A stretch of 64,000 bases of DNA from the human T2T-CHM13v2.0 reference genome, Homo sapiens (GCF_009914755.1 NC_060940.1), one strand, 5' to 3'. Counted from the first letter of the stretch, positions 27,908 through 59,209 are shown. The notes: generated by a model from the sequence alone, not told the origin. Numbers and translations are program-made.

Positions 27908-28554
27908 TGATCCGCCCACCTCAGCCTCCCAAAGTGCTGGGATTACAGGCTTGAGCCACCGCATCTGGCTGATATACCATGATTTTTAAAGCAATCATAG
28001 ATGTTTGGGTGGTCCCATTCTTTTGCTATTATAAATAATGCTTCATGAAATAACCATGAACTTAGCTCTTTTTACATGTATGCAAGTGTCTGTAGGATAA
28101 ATTCCCCAAAAATGGATTTGCTAGGTCAAAGGTATATGCATTTGCGATTTTTTCTTTCTTTCTTTTTTTTTTTCTTTGAGATGGATTCTCTGTTGCCCAG
28201 GCTGGAGTACAGTGGGGGCTCACTGCCACCTCTGCCTGCCAGGTTCAAGCAATTCTTCTGTCTCTGCATCCCGAGTAGCTGGGATTACAGGTGCCTGCCT
28301 TGCATGCCCAGCTAATTTTTTGTATTTAGTAGAGACAGGGTTTCACCGTATTACCCAGACTGCTCTTGAACTTCTGAGCTCAGGCAATCCGCTCGCTTGG
28401 CCTCGCAAAGTGCTAGGATTACAGGCACGAGCCACCACGCCTGGCCTTTTTTTAAAATTTTTTTTAAGACGTGATCTTGTAGGTTGGACACAGTGGCTCA
28501 TGCCTGTAATCCCAGCACTTTGGGAGGCCGAGGCGGGCAGATCATGAGGTCAGC

Positions 28555-29575
<1,021 letters not shown>

Positions 29576-30285
29576 TAAAAAATGGTAGACTATGTTTGCT
29601 AATAAGGCTGTATTTTAAAGTAGGGCTAGTAAGAGGTAACATATTCTGATCTGTCTGAAATTAGTCAAAATTTCTAGAAATTTAAAATTTTTCACCAGGT
29701 ATAGTAGTTCATGCCGTAATCCTAGTGCTTTGGGAGGCCAAGGCAGGAGGATTACTTGAGGCCAGGAATTTGAGAACAGGCTGGGCAACATGGCAAGACT
29801 CCATCTCTACGAAAATATTTTTGTTTTAAATTAGCTGGGAATAGTGGTGCATGCCTGTAGTGCTAGCTACTCAGGAGGTTAAGGCAGGAGGATGTGGTGG
29901 CATGCACCTGTAGTCCCAGCTAAGTGGGAGCCTGGGGTGGGAGGATCACTTCAGCTCAGGAGGTTGAGGTTGTAGTGAGCTATGATTGCACCACTGCACC
30001 TTAGCCTGGGCAACAGAGGGAGACCCTGTCTCAAAAAAAAAAAAATTTCTAGAAATAAAAATTCACTAAACATAAAGAAATGCCAACTATTTATATTTTG
30101 ATTACTTAAAATAACTTTTCAGGCTGGACGCTGTGGCTCACGCCTGTAATCCCAGCACTTTGGGAGGCCAAGGTGGGCGGATCACTTGATCGAGGTCAGG
30201 AGTTCAAGACCATCCTGGCCAACGTGGTGAAACCCCGTCTCTACTAAAATTACATAAATTAGCCAGGCATGGTGGTGCGTGCCTA

Positions 30286-30431
<146 letters not shown>

Positions 30432-30515
30432 TCAGTGTATTTATTTATATTGTCCCACATTTTTGGTGGTTCTCATATTTGCCTTTCTAATTATGACAAT
30501 TGTTTTCTTGTGTAG

Positions 30516-30566
30516 GTATTATCAAAACCAGTACCACTGCCGAGAAAACAGATGAAGAGGAGAAAG
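30516..30566 (+). CDS. DDX19A: DDX19A exon 3
   Basis: gtag|GT ATT ATC AAA...AAA G|gtaact, 51 nt; IIKTSTTAEKTDEEEK. Confidence 0.93.
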
Positions 30567-30646
30567 GTAACTACTTTTGGATGCCCTTGGCAAGAGACGG
30601 TATGACCCAGGGCTTGCCTTCCTGGAGCCAGGGGCACTCCAAGCTA

Positions 30647-31057
<411 letters not shown>

Positions 31058-31142
31058 CTAGTGTGGAGAGGGAGAAAGAGTGGCTTCATAAGCCTGGGGT
31101 TTGCCAGATGAGTATGAAGATCTACTGGTTTCTTCCTGACAG

Positions 31143-31278
31143 AGGACAGAGCTGCCCAGTCCTTACTCAACAAGCTGATCAGAAGCAACCTTGTTGATAA
31201 CACAAACCAAGTGGAAGTCCTGCAACGGGATCCAAACTCCCCTCTGTACTCGGTGAAGTCGTTTGAAGAGCTTCGGCT
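31143..31278 (+). CDS. DDX19A: DDX19A exon 4 (N-terminal extension helix region)
   Basis: gacag|AG GAC AGA...CGG CT|gtgagt, 136 nt; DRAAQSLLNKLIRSNLVDNTNQVEVLQRDPNSPLYSVKSFEELR. Confidence 0.94.
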
Positions 31279-31373
31279 GTGAGTATTCGCTCCTTTCAAC
31301 AGCTCTTCGTTGCCAGTCTCTCCCCACATAAAACTTAGCATCTGAGAGATTCTTGTGAGAATTTTACTTTTAA

Positions 31374-31607
<234 letters not shown>

Positions 31608-32998
31608 TGAACTCCTGACCTCAGGTGATCTGCCTGCCTCGGCCTCTCAAGGTGCTGGGATTACAGGCGTGAGCCACCGTGCCTGGCTATTTTTTTTCTT
31701 TGAAAAGAAGTCACATGAATAAGTCACATGATTCAAAAGTCAAAAAGTATGAAAAAATTTGCAGTATTAATCTCCCACCCTTGTGTCCTTGGCTATCCTG
31801 TTCTCTTGGTAGGAATTTTTTAATGCTTCAAATTGATTTATCATAGCTAAAAGTCTTATTTCTCTTATACTCTTAGAACTTTCAATAAAATATTGGCTGA
31901 CAGGTGATTTCTGGATGTCAGGAACATTTCTGATTAGGTAAGCCCTTAAGTGAGAACATGTGCTATTTGTTTTTTTTTTACAAAAAAAAAAAAAAAAGGC
32001 CAGGCACAGTGGCTCACACCTGTAATCCCAGCACTTTGGGAGGCCAAGGCAGGCAGATCACAAGGTCAGGAGTTCAAGACCAGCCTGACCAACATGGTGA
32101 AACCCTGTCTCCACTAAAAATACAAAACTCAAAACTTAGCCAGGTGTGATATCACAGGCCTGTAATCTCAGCTACTCAGGAGGCGGAGGCTGAGGCAGGA
32201 GATCACTTGAACCTGTGAGGCGGAGGTTGCAGTAAGCCAAGTTCGTGCCACTGCACTCCAGCCTGGGCAACAGAGCGAGACTCTCTCTCAAAAAAAAAAA
32301 AATATATATATATATATGTATATTTAGACTATAGGGTTTACAGTCTTACAGTTTATCTGCTTTTTAAAAAATCTGTCAAATCTGTTTTTGGTTTGTTTTT
32401 TTTTTTTTTTTTTTTTTTTTTGAGACCAAGTCGTGCTCTGTTGCACAGGCTAGAGTGCAGTGGCGTGATCTCAGCTCACCACAACCTCCGCCTCCCAGGT
32501 CCAAGCGATTCTCCTGCCTTAGCCTCCCGAGTTAGCTGGGACTACAGGCGTGTGCCACAACACCCAGCTAATTTTTGTATTTTTAGAAGAGACAGGGTTT
32601 CACTATGTTGGGCAGGCTGGTCTCGAATTCCTGATCTCATGATCTGCCCGCCTCGGCCTCCCAAAGTGCTGAGATTACAGGCATGACCCACTGTGCCCGG
32701 CCTTACGTTTTAGGTTTACTTCAGTAAATTAATAGAGGATTAAGTGTGGATCATTGTGTTATATACATGCCACTGTGCTGGATGTTACAAGGAACACAAG
32801 ACCTACTTATTATTCTTGCTGCCTGCCAGGATCACAATCATAGAAAGTAGCTGATGAATAAGAATATGGTGGAATCAATGGATTCTTTGCCTTAGTTCAG
32901 CAAAATCTATAGTATGGCCACTATGGACAAATTGAAGCCACATTCCTTCCAGCTATTACCACTGAGAAAGAGACACTTAAAACAAGAAAGCTAACTAG

Positions 32999-33407
<409 letters not shown>

Positions 33408-36400
33408 TGAACTCCTGTGGTCAAAGAGTCCTCCTGCCTCAGCCTCCAAAATTGCTAGGATTACAGGTGTGAGCCACTGCACCTGGCCCAATAACTTTTT
33501 TTTTTTTTTTTTAATAGGATGAGGTTTTACCATGTTGCCCAGGCCAGACCAAAAATGTATTTTTAAACAGTTATACTTTAGGTCGGGCACGGTGGCTCAC
33601 GCCTATAATCACAGCACTTTGGGAGGTCAAGGCAGGTGGATTGTCTGAGGTCAGGAGTTCGAGACCAGACTGGTCAAAATGATGAAACCCCATCTCTACT
33701 AAAAATACAAAAAAATTAGCCGGCTGTAATGGCACATGGCTTGTAGTCCCGGCTACTCAGGAGGCTGAGGTAGGAGAATTGCTTGAACCCAGGAGGCGGA
33801 GGTTGCAGTGAGCCGAGATCATGCCGTTCGTTGCACTCCAGCCTGGGAGATAAAAGCGAAACTCCTTCTCAAACGGAAATTATGCTTTTCTATGTGTTTT
33901 CTCTGTCAAGGACTTTATTCACCAAATCTGTCATCTCCACTTTTATTTTTAAGCTGTATCAGGACAGCTAGACATGTGGTATGATTTCCTTAGAGTGACA
34001 GTTTGCTCCTCCAAGTATCAACTGCCTTTTTAAATTTCTTCCCTTTAGAAGACGTGAGCTCTCAGTTTAACCACTGATGAATTGTCCTCTGTAAAAGACA
34101 GGTTCTCTCTGATTTAGTTGTTGGTAGGAAAAGGAAACAAAGAATGAAACCAAGATCACCTAATGTACTTGGTCTGCTTTGTACCTAAAATATTTGAGTT
34201 AATCTGCAAAATCAAAGAAAACTGAGTCAGTGGAAGCTGTTGGATCATTTGAGTCCCAATTAAGGTAGTGACTTTGTTTCCTTGGCAACCAAGTCAGAAG
34301 CTGCCGAGTGTCACAGCATTTTCTCCCAAATGGAAGATATGAAAGATTATGTTTTTAAATTTCTTTGTGTCTGAGAACCAACATACGCCAGAGAATTTGC
34401 CTTTTAGAGAGCCTGCTAAACTCCAAGGAAGGCTTAGAGAACAGTTGGGTTGCCTTTTCTTTAGAAACAATCTGGTATGATTTTTCTTAAACATCTTGTC
34501 AATTTAGAGGTAGCAGAGAGCTGATTGTAAATGCAATGTAAGAGCAACTTAAATTGATAATTCTTGTGTAGCTGTTTACATAAGAAGTTGGTGTCCAGGT
34601 GCGGTGGCTCACGCCTGTAATCCCAGCAGTTTGGGAGGCTAAGGTGAGTGGATCTCTTGAGCTCAGAAGTTCATGACCAGCCTGGGCAACATGGTGAAAC
34701 CTTATCTCTACAAAAAATAAAAAAAAATTAGCCGGGTGTGGTGGCATGTGCCTGCAGCCCCAGCTACTCAAGGGTGGGAGGATCTCTTGAGGCCTGGGAG
34801 GTGTCGGTTGCAGTGAGCCCAGTTCACACAACTGCACTCCAGCCTGGGCGACAGAGTGAGAACGTCTCTCAAAAAGAAGTAGTTAGTGTTTGTCTGTTTA
34901 TTTTGATTAGACCTAAGTGAATCTGAGCATTTGTAAAGTTTAGTAGGTTAATCGAACCACCTTTATTTACTGTATATCAGCTACTAGAAACTGGCTTCAT
35001 CAATTTTCTTTTTTTATGGCCGGGCGCTACAGCTCACGCCTGTAATCCTAGCACTTTGGGAGGCCGAGGCAGGTGGATCACCTGAGATTAGGAGTTCAAG
35101 ACCAGCCTGGCCAACATGGCGAAACCCTGTTTCTACTAAAAATACAAAAATTAGCCAGGTGTGGCAGTATGCGCCTGTAATCCTAGCTCCTCAGAAGGCT
35201 GAGGTAGGAGACTCGCTTGAACCCAGGAGGCAGAGGTTGCAGTGAGCCAAGATCACGCTATTGCACTCTAGCTTGAGCAACAGAGCAAGACTCCATCTCA
35301 AAAAAAAAAATTTTTTTTTTCTTTTTTCTTTCTTTCTTTCTTTCTTTTTTTTTTTTTTTTTAAGAGATGACCTGGCCTTGTTGCCCAGCCCAGAGTGCAG
35401 CGGGGCAATCATGGCTCGCTATAGTCTCTAACTCTTAGCCTCAGGCAATCCTCCTGCCTCAATCTCCCAAGTAGCTAGGACTACAGGTGCATGCCACCAT
35501 GCCCAGCTCATTTTTCTTTTTTGTTTTGTTTTGTTTTGTTTTGTTTTAGAGACAGGGTCTCACTGTGTTGCCCAGGCCGGTCTTGAACGCCTGGACTCCT
35601 CAAGCAGTCGTCCCACCTAGGCCTCCCAAAGTGCTGGGATTACAGGCGTGAGCTACCACGCCCAGCCCATCAATTTCCTTACCTATTGATTGTCTGGAGT
35701 ATTTGCATAGCTGGCTTTGGAAGGAACATGGAACAAAAGGACTTCTAAATCTTAGCAGTATAGTAAATAGTGTTTATTTTCATTTATTATTTACTTTAGA
35801 GTCCCACTCTGTCACCCTGGTTGGAGTGCAGTGGCTCAGTCACAGATCACTGCAGCCTTGACCTCCTGAGCTCAAGTGAGCCTCCCACCTCAGCCTCTTG
35901 AGTAACTGGGACTACAGGTGTGTCCAGCTATTTTTTGTATTTTTTTGTAGAGACGAGGTATCACCATGTTGCCCAGGCTGTTCTCGAACTTCTGGCCTCA
36001 AGCAGTTGGCCTGCCTTGACCTCCCAAAGTGCTGAGATTACAGGCATGAGTCACTGTACCTGACCTGTTTTTAGATATATCTTTTATAATTTATGTAATG
36101 CTATGAATTAATAACCACCACCCTTGCTGTGTCCAGGGAACACTTGTCTTCCAAGGCCAGCCAGATTTGCGGGTCTGCTGAAAGCATTAATTTCTCTAAG
36201 AAAAGAAACCATTCTGTATTTTATGAATTATAGAATAGTTGCAGATTAAGATTCCTTAGGGAAGGGCGGTAGCTTGGTTTGATTTGGTTTGGTTTTTGAC
36301 AGTGTTTTTTTAAGGCATAGGAAAATACGTCTGACAGAGGTAGGAGGCATCATTCCTTTCTATAGAAAAAGATAAGATTCTAGGCCTCTAAAACAATTCT

Positions 36401-36440
36401 AACTTCTAGGCATCCATCCTCTGTCTTCCTGGCTTCCTAG

Positions 36441-36533
36441 GAAACCACAGCTTCTCCAGGGAGTCTATGCCATGGGCTTCAATCGACCCTCCAAGATACA
36501 AGAGAATGCATTACCCATGATGCTTGCTGAACC
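36441..36533 (+). CDS. DDX19A: DDX19A exon 5 (Q motif)
   Basis: ctag|G AAA CCA...GAA CC|gtgagt, 93 nt; MGFNRPSKIQ. Confidence 0.94.
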
Positions 36534-36898
36534 GTGAGTATGCAGATGAAGCGCATCTCACCCAGTGTGATTAGATCAATCTTCCCCAAACTGCGTTTTT
36601 GTGCCTGAGAACAGAAGGAGCTGTTTGGGGCCACGTGTTTCCTCAGGAATACAGCTTAGGCAAGTGCAGAGAGAATCGGATGGAGTTAGCTACAGTTTCT
36701 GCCTTTCCCACTTAACAATAGAAACTTATAGAGAAAGGTAGTGCTTTATTCCATGCTATCTTAAAAACTGGGCTTAAGGCCGGGCATGGTGGCTCACTCC
36801 TGTAATCCTAGCATTTTGGGAGGCCGAGGCGGGCGGATCACCTGAGGTCAGGAGATTGAGTCCAGCCTGGCCAACATGGCAAAACCCTGTCTCTACTA

Positions 36899-37214
<316 letters not shown>

Positions 37215-37772
37215 CTAAAAATACAACAATTAGCCTGGCATGGTGGCACGTACCTGTGGTCATGTAGCTGAGGCAGGAGAATTGCTTGAACCCCAGAGGC
37301 AGAGGTTGCAGTGAGCCGAGACATGCCACTGCACTCTAGCCTGGGAAACATAGACTCTGTCTCAAAAAAAAAAAAAAAAAAAAAACTGGGTTTAAAAAAT
37401 ATTATTTTGATGTGAATGGTGTTGCAATAAATTCAAAAACAAACAAAATATTATTTGGAAATTTTTGAGACCTACACAAAGGTGTAAAGAACAATACCAA
37501 GAACACCTCTGTAGCCCTATCCTGCCAAGAAAGGAAGCAGGTCCAGTTGATAGTTGAAGCCCCTGAATTCCCCTCCTTCCACATCCTTCTCCCACCCTGA
37601 CAAGACTAAGTTCCTTTTGAGACAGGGTCTCATTCTGTTTCCCCATCTAGAGTGCAGTGGTGCAATTACAGCCCACTGCAGCCTCGACCTCCTGGGCTTA
37701 ATTAATCCTCTCACCTCAGCCTCCGGAGTAGCTGGGACTATAGGCATGTGCCACCATGCCCAGCTGACTTTA

Positions 37773-38301
<529 letters not shown>

Positions 38302-38388
38302 TGAGTAGCTAGGATTACAGGCACACACCACCACACCTGGCTAATTTTTGTATTTTTTTGTCTGTTTGTTCGTTTGTTTTTGGGATGA

Positions 38389-38598
<210 letters not shown>

Positions 38599-38737
38599 TG
38601 ATCTGCCTGGCTCAGCCTCCCAAAGTGCTGGGATTACAGGCGTGAGCCACCGCACCCAGCCTAATTTTTGTATTTTTAATGGAGGTGGGGTTTCACCATG
38701 TTGGCCAGGCTGGTGTCGAACTCCTGACCTCAAGTGA

Positions 38738-38971
<234 letters not shown>

Positions 38972-39569
38972 TAGCCAGGGTGGTCTCGATCTCCTGATCT
39001 TGTGATCCGCCTGCCTCGGCCTCCCAAAGTGCTGGGATGACAGGCGTAAGCCATATTTATCTTTTTTAATGACAACCATGCCACCTATTCCCATGATGCT
39101 GGGTCCCATAAAATGGAATGTAAAAGTTCCCTCTAAAACATCCACCTGACTTAGCATCTTGTCCATAAAACTGGGGAAAGGCACACACAGAAGGAACCAA
39201 ATTCTGGGAATGCATCATGGCTCAGCCAAAAATATTGCTGGGGTCTTGTCTGGGCACAGATCTTACTCTGCACACTTGATTTCCCTGTGCCCCTTGGGGT
39301 GCAAAACTGGGGTCCTTTAGCTGTGCTAGAGGCTAGAATGAGAATTTCTTGGTGTGAGCCCATTTAAAATAATCATTTATTTTACAATTTAAGCAGCTTT
39401 TTAACAGCGTATAAAAAAATGTATGAAAGTAATTTGTGCTCAATGGAGAAAACCTGGGTAATATAGAGAAGCACGAAGGGGGAAATATGCCTTTCATTCA
39501 GAAAGAACATTTTGACATGTTACTGAGTTTCACCAATTTAAGTTTCATTTCTGTTCTTCCTTGATCCAG

Positions 39570-39672
39570 CCCACAGAATCTGATTGCCCAGTCTCAGTCT
39601 GGCACTGGTAAAACAGCTGCCTTTGTCTTAGCCATGCTCAGCCGAGTGGAGCCATCAGACAGATACCCCCAG
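39570..39672 (+). CDS. DDX19A: DDX19A exon 6 (Walker A / motif I)
   Basis: tccag|C CCA CAG...CCC CAG|gtgagg, 103 nt; [10 protein letters not shown]. Confidence 0.94.
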
Positions 39673-40043
39673 GTGAGGGCTTGCGGGGCTGGGTGTCCTA
39701 GGTTGCCTGCCCTGGGGAGCGCAGTGCCATCTGGTGAGGAGTAACGAGAGGTCTGAAGCTTCTGACACCTTAGGCTGTGGCTCAGGCAGAGCAAGTTCCT
39801 ACACCAGGCCCTGACCTGGGAGAATGTGCTTGAAAGCAGCAGCCTTAGACCATGGCTTGCAAAGGCCTCTGCCAAGCCAGGGCTACCTGCTGCAGGCTTC
39901 AGTCTATGGCTGAAAGGTGGGCCTGGATGGGAGGACATGCTTCCCTGTGCTATTCAAGTGCTAATAACATCAGCATACTGGGTGCCTTCAGGTCTGTTAC
40001 CAAATGGCTCTCCTAAACTCATCCTTTATGATTTTTCTGTCAG

Positions 40044-40158
40044 TGTCTGTGCCTCTCCCCAACATATGAGCTGGCGCTTCAAACAGGAAAAGTGATTGAG
40101 CAGATGGGCAAATTTTACCCAGAACTGAAGCTTGCCTATGCCGTTCGAGGCAATAAAT
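40044..40158 (+). CDS. DDX19A: DDX19A exon 7 (motif Ia)
   Basis: gtcag|TGT...AAAT|gtgagt, 115 nt. Confidence 0.95.
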
Positions 40159-40550
40159 GTGAGTACGGCAGGCGACAACTGAACAGTGAGCAGGGTAGGG
40201 GGTTGGGCGTTTGAATTTTGAAGATGCGATGACCGTATTCAACTTTCTAATTCAGTCTGACCCTGGAGCCTAACTGTGTTGCTCTATTTGAATCTATTTG
40301 AATACCTGCTAATTTGTTAACAGTCTTTTTCAGTCTTAAAATAAGATTTTCGGTTGATTAAAAAAAAAAATCCACGCATGGCTCACAGAGTTCTTAATAT
40401 CTAGAGTTCTTCGCTCAGAAGGTAGAGTTTTGAATTTAGCGTCCAGAGTTCTGGGACCTGCTACCAAAGAGGGATTAACAGGACTGAGGATGGAAGGTTG
40501 GGGTCAGCTCCCTTTCTTTAAAAGTAAGCAAAACCAGGTACAGTGGCTCA

Positions 40551-41024
<474 letters not shown>

Positions 41025-41111
41025 CTAGTCCTAGAAGGATGGGCAGGGCTTTGATTTCCAGAGCTGGCTTTGCCTTTGAAATACCTATGAAAATCACCTG
41101 GGTCTCCACAG

Positions 41112-41289
41112 TGGAAAGAGGCCAGAAGATCAGTGAGCAGATTGTCATTGGCACCCCTGGGACCGTGCTGGACTGGTGCTCCAAGCTCAAGTTCATTGAT
41201 CCCAAGAAAATCAAGGTGTTTGTTCTGGATGAGGCTGATGTCATGATAGCCACTCAGGGCCACCAAGATCAGAGCATCCGCATCCAGAG
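41112..41289 (+). CDS. DDX19A: DDX19A exon 8 (DEAD motif)
   Basis: acag|TG...AGAG|gtaggg, 178 nt. Confidence 0.95.
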
Positions 41290-41650
41290 GTAGGGATCTC
41301 GAGGGTGGGGGACTCCTCAGACTCCCCATCTGCAGTGTCTTCTCCCTTCACTTCAGACGCCTCCTCTGGCTTCTGCCTGGGTCTTGGCTCTCGTACTCTC
41401 AGCAGCATTTGTTTGACGGGCCATTTCCATGTCAGCGCTGATCACAGTCCCTCCCAACCTGGGTTGAGAAAGGAGACCTAGGGACTCTTCCCCAACCCTT
41501 GTCCCCATCCCAGGCCTGCTGCTCCTCCTCCCCAAGATGCTCCTCCCCCATCAGCCTTCCTGGGCATCTAGACCCTCCCAGCTGGGGAGGCTGTGCTTCC
41601 GTTGCTTCCCAGGGCCACCTGGGGCCATCTACCCGGGCCTTCCCTTGCAG

Positions 41651-41888
41651 GATGCTGCCCAGGAACTGCCAGATGCTGCTTTTCTCCGCCACCTTTGAAG
41701 ACTCTGTGTGGAAGTTTGCCCAGAAAGTGGTCCCAGACCCAAATGTTATCAAACTGAAGCGTGAGGAAGAGACCCTGGATACCATCAAGCAGTACTATGT
41801 CCTGTGCAGCAGCAGAGACGAGAAGTTCCAGGCCTTGTGTAACCTCTACGGGGCCATCACCATTGCTCAAGCCATGATCTTCTGCCAT
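41651..41888 (+). CDS. DDX19A: DDX19A exon 9 (SAT motif)
   Basis: gcag|G ATG...CAT|gtgagt, 238 nt. Confidence 0.95.
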
Positions 41889-42173
41889 GTGAGTAGCAGC
41901 GGCAGTGGCAGGCCTGGCCCCTCCCTCTCAGCCAGCTCCCCACAGGGCTCAGGAGGACTGGATGCCCCTGAGCGCCATGGGAAGAAGGGAAGTGCTTTTT
42001 GAAGATGTAAGAGACAGGCTCTCCTTTAGTGGGGGTAATGGTAGTATCCCAAGGGATACATAGCCTAAAGATAGAGCCCCTGAACTTTATGTCTTATTTG
42101 TGGATGATGTATTGTTGCACAACCCAAGAGAATCAACTCATATTTGTAAGAAAAATAAAAAATTCAACAAGAT

Positions 42174-46048
<3,875 letters not shown>

Positions 46049-46398
46049 GGAACTCCCGCAGAAACCAGTAGTCCTGACTTGGTGGAAGGAAATGTACAGG
46101 CATCTGACTGGTAGAGAACGGAGCCTACTCTTCCAGGGGCGCCCATCTCCAGAACATTGTGTCTCCCAGAGGATTACCGACTGATCTCATGATTTTGTTG
46201 GCACTTGCCAAAGTTCTCTTCTTTTCCTCTGGGTTCTGTTGCCTGCCTATATGTGTGCCCTCTCTTGTACCCAGAGTTGGCCTGTCCCAAATTCTTTCCC
46301 TCTATCCCAAAGTTGGTACGCATTGACCTACCTATGGATGACAGTGATTTCTGTCTCCTGTCCTTAGTCCTCTCAGCCTCCAACTCTCCTTCCTGCAG

Positions 46399-46590
46399 GC
46401 ATTGATGTTGAACAAGTGTCTGTCGTCATCAACTTTGATCTTCCCGTGGACAAGGACGGGAATCCTGACAATGAGACCTACCTGCACCGGATCGGGCGCA
46501 CGGGCCGCTTTGGCAAGAGGGGCCTGGCAGTGAACATGGTGGACAGCAAGCACAGCATGAACATCCTGAACAGAATCCAGGAGCATTTTA
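46399..46590 (+). CDS. DDX19A: DDX19A exon 11 (motif VI)
   Basis: gcag|GC...TTTA|gtgagt, 192 nt. Confidence 0.95.
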
Positions 46591-46951
46591 GTGAGTCCCG
46601 GGGAGGGTCCTGTGCCTGGCGCCCTTTGCTAAGTAGGGCGGGGTGGTGAAAGGGGTAGGATCTTCTGTAGCCCCAAGAGAGGCTCTGTCCCTAGCACACT
46701 CCCCTCCTTTCTGACCATATGGCAGTTCTCAGGGAGCACACCTGGAGACTTCAGGACCCAGGGACTCCAAGGACAGCTCCCCTGTGACTGGGCTTCGGGG
46801 CGTGGGGCTCTGACTGTTGCTGTCAGTGACTAGGGGCCCTGCTGCCCCCTGCTTAGGCACCCGGAGCCTTTGGGCCTGAATGAATGATTGCTGTGGCCTG
46901 AGGTGGGGCACATTCCTGGGCAGGGTAGAGACTTGTGTATCTTTCCCCCAG

Positions 46952-47013
46952 ATAAGAAGATAGAAAGATTGGACACAGATGATTTGGACGAGATTGAGAA
47001 AATAGCCAACTGA
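46952..47013 (+). CDS. DDX19A: DDX19A exon 12 coding part, stop TGA 47011-47013
   Basis: The 12 exons sum to 1437 nt = 478 aa + stop with consistent splice phases. Confidence 0.95.
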
Positions 47014-56716
<9,703 letters not shown>

Positions 56717-56890
56717 TCAGTTGCCCCGGTAGACTTCGATCTTGCTGGCCTTGGCCAGCATGTCGATGATGTGGGCCTCGAAGTCCGCGTCGTGCACGCC
56801 AGTCTTCCGGAACTCGCCCGCGTACCGGTTGTTCTCCCAGTAGTGGTGCCAGTTGCCCCGGCTGTCGGCCCCGAACCCGTACACGTTCAC
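56717..56890 (-). CDS. ST3GAL2: ST3GAL2 last exon coding part (motif III HYWE, sialylmotif VS HDADFE), stop at 56717-56719
   Basis: Minus strand gcag|GTG AAC GTG TAC GGG; [57 protein letters not shown]. Confidence 0.95.
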   Translation of the reverse strand: MNVYGFGADSRGNWHHYWENNRYAGEFRKTGVHDADFEAHIIDMLAKASKIEVYRGN

Positions 56891-57233
56891 CTGCGGGGAA
56901 GCGCAGCGGAGCGTCACCCCAGGCGGGGACCTGGAGGATGGCGCGGGGCGGGCTCGGGATGACAGGGAGGAGAGGGGACGGGAGGCCCCGGGGAGATGCA
57001 GGAGCCCCCAGGCCTGGCCTAAGGACATGGACTCACATGGGGACACCACCTTCCCTTTGCAGCCCTTGCAAATTCCTCCTTTTTTTTTTTTTTTTTTTTA
57101 ATGGAGTACTTTGATCAGCACCACTCAGTGAAGCACTTGCCGGGCCTCAGCCCTGCTCTTCATTGCAAGGCAGCCCTGGCCACTGGTGGAACGGGTTCTC
57201 TGAACGACTGAGTTCCATTTTTACACGAAGTAG

Positions 57234-57621
<388 letters not shown>

Positions 57622-57832
57622 TAATGAAGAGATTTTGGATTTGGTAGAATCATGAAAGCAGAAACGTTTGGGAAAGGCATATCTATACTTTACAGCCTAG
57701 AGATGGGGGAAACCAAGGCCACATGGATTCTGCCTACAGAAGCACATTCCTCTGTTAGCCTGCTAAGACCCGAGAAGGCCTGCACTCCTCTGTTCCATGG
57801 GTTCCCACCACCCACACCACGGGCCTACCCAC

Positions 57833-57952
57833 CTCATCACACACATGCAGGGCAAAGAAAAGCACCAGCATCCCCGTGGAAGGGTACCGCCCGTGATGCT
57901 CTGTCCACCTGTCGTGGATATACTTGAAGAAGGCTGGGTTGTAGATCTGGAC
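57833..57952 (-). CDS. ST3GAL2: ST3GAL2 penultimate exon (sialylmotif S)
   Basis: Minus strand cccag|GTC CAG ATC...GAT GAG|gtgggt, 120 nt; [20 protein letters not shown]. Confidence 0.94.
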
Positions 57953-58217
57953 CTGGGAGGAGAAGGGATGACAGGTATATGAGGGGTTTAGGGGCAGAGA
58001 TTCAGGCTAGACTGAGCAGCTTCTACTTGTCTATGCCTGTCAGAGACCTGTGCGTCTGTGTCTCCTGAATCGTGTGGCACCTGCTAGGGTCAGGCATCTC
58101 GGCAGATGGGGACCCTGAGGTTCTGCAGGGGAAATGGAACACCTGAGCTACAGGACCAGGCACACAGGCTGGGCCAGCACTGTTTCCACTGAGGTGGGGA
58201 AGAAGTGGGGAGCTTAC

Positions 58218-58263
58218 CTTTTCTTTATCCACTCGAAGGAAGGACTTCACTGGGGCGTAGGTG
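58218..58263 (-). CDS. ST3GAL2: ST3GAL2 46-nt coding exon
   Basis: Minus strand ttacag|C ACC TAC GCC...GAA AAG|gtaagc; TYAPVKSFLRVDKEK; phase fits both neighbours. Confidence 0.92.
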
Positions 58264-58574
58264 CTGTAAGCAAAAAGAAAGAAAGATAACATTTCAGGCT
58301 GGGCACGGTGGCTCACACCTGTAATCCCAGCACTTTGGGAGGCTGAGGCAGGTGGATCACCTGAGGCCAGGAGTTCGAGGCCAGCCGGATCACCTGAGGC
58401 CAGGAGTTTGAGGCCAGCCTGACCAACATAGTGAAACCCCATCTCTACTAAAAAAACAAAAATTAGCTGGGTGTGGTGGAGCACAGCTGTTATCCCAGCT
58501 ACTTGGGAGGCTGAGGTTTCAGTGCGCCGAGATCACACCACTGCACTCCAGCCTGGGTGACAGAGTGAGACTGT

Positions 58575-58705
58575 CAAAAAAAAAAAGGAAAGGAAAGGAA
58601 AGGAAAGGAGAGGGGTGGGGAGGGGAAGGGAAAGGGAAGGAAGGGAAAGGAGAAAGGAAAAGAAGGGAAAGGAGAAAGGAAAGGAGAAAGGAAAGGAAGA
58701 AAAGA
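58575..58705 (+). repeat. Polypurine (GGAAA/GGGAA)n tract expanded from an Alu tail, with a G-run cluster at 58612-58630
   Basis: Seen directly. Confidence 0.9.
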
Positions 58706-59209
58706 TAACATTTCAGGTGGCCCCATGGGACCTAGGGATGCCCCCCACGCCAGGCCTGAGCAATGTCAGCCCCACAACTTCCAGACTGCTCTGCTTCTGG
58801 ACTGCTCTCCCGTGGCTTGTTCATCATTGCCATGCCTTACTCTAAAGCCTTCAACGGTCCCCATGGCATCCAAGATAAAATGGGAATGTTTTCAGCAAGC
58901 GATGGGGCCTTCCCTAGACCAGCCCCAACCTTCCTCCCCTAGCTCTCTGCTCCATTAGAGGTGGCAATCATCTCAAATCCACCATGTCTCTGCTCTCACC
59001 CCTGCCCTCGATCCACTCCCCTCAGGCTTCCCAGACCACACCTCCCTGTAGCCAGCCACGGCCCCCGTAACCTACATGCCCTTCTCTGAGTGTCTATGGT
59101 ACTTCAACTCTACTGCATCCATTTTAGCCCTCAGGTCTCCCAAACATGAGATAATGAACATCCTAAGTCAGGAAACTGTAACTCATTACTTTTGTGTTTA
59201 TAAAATACA

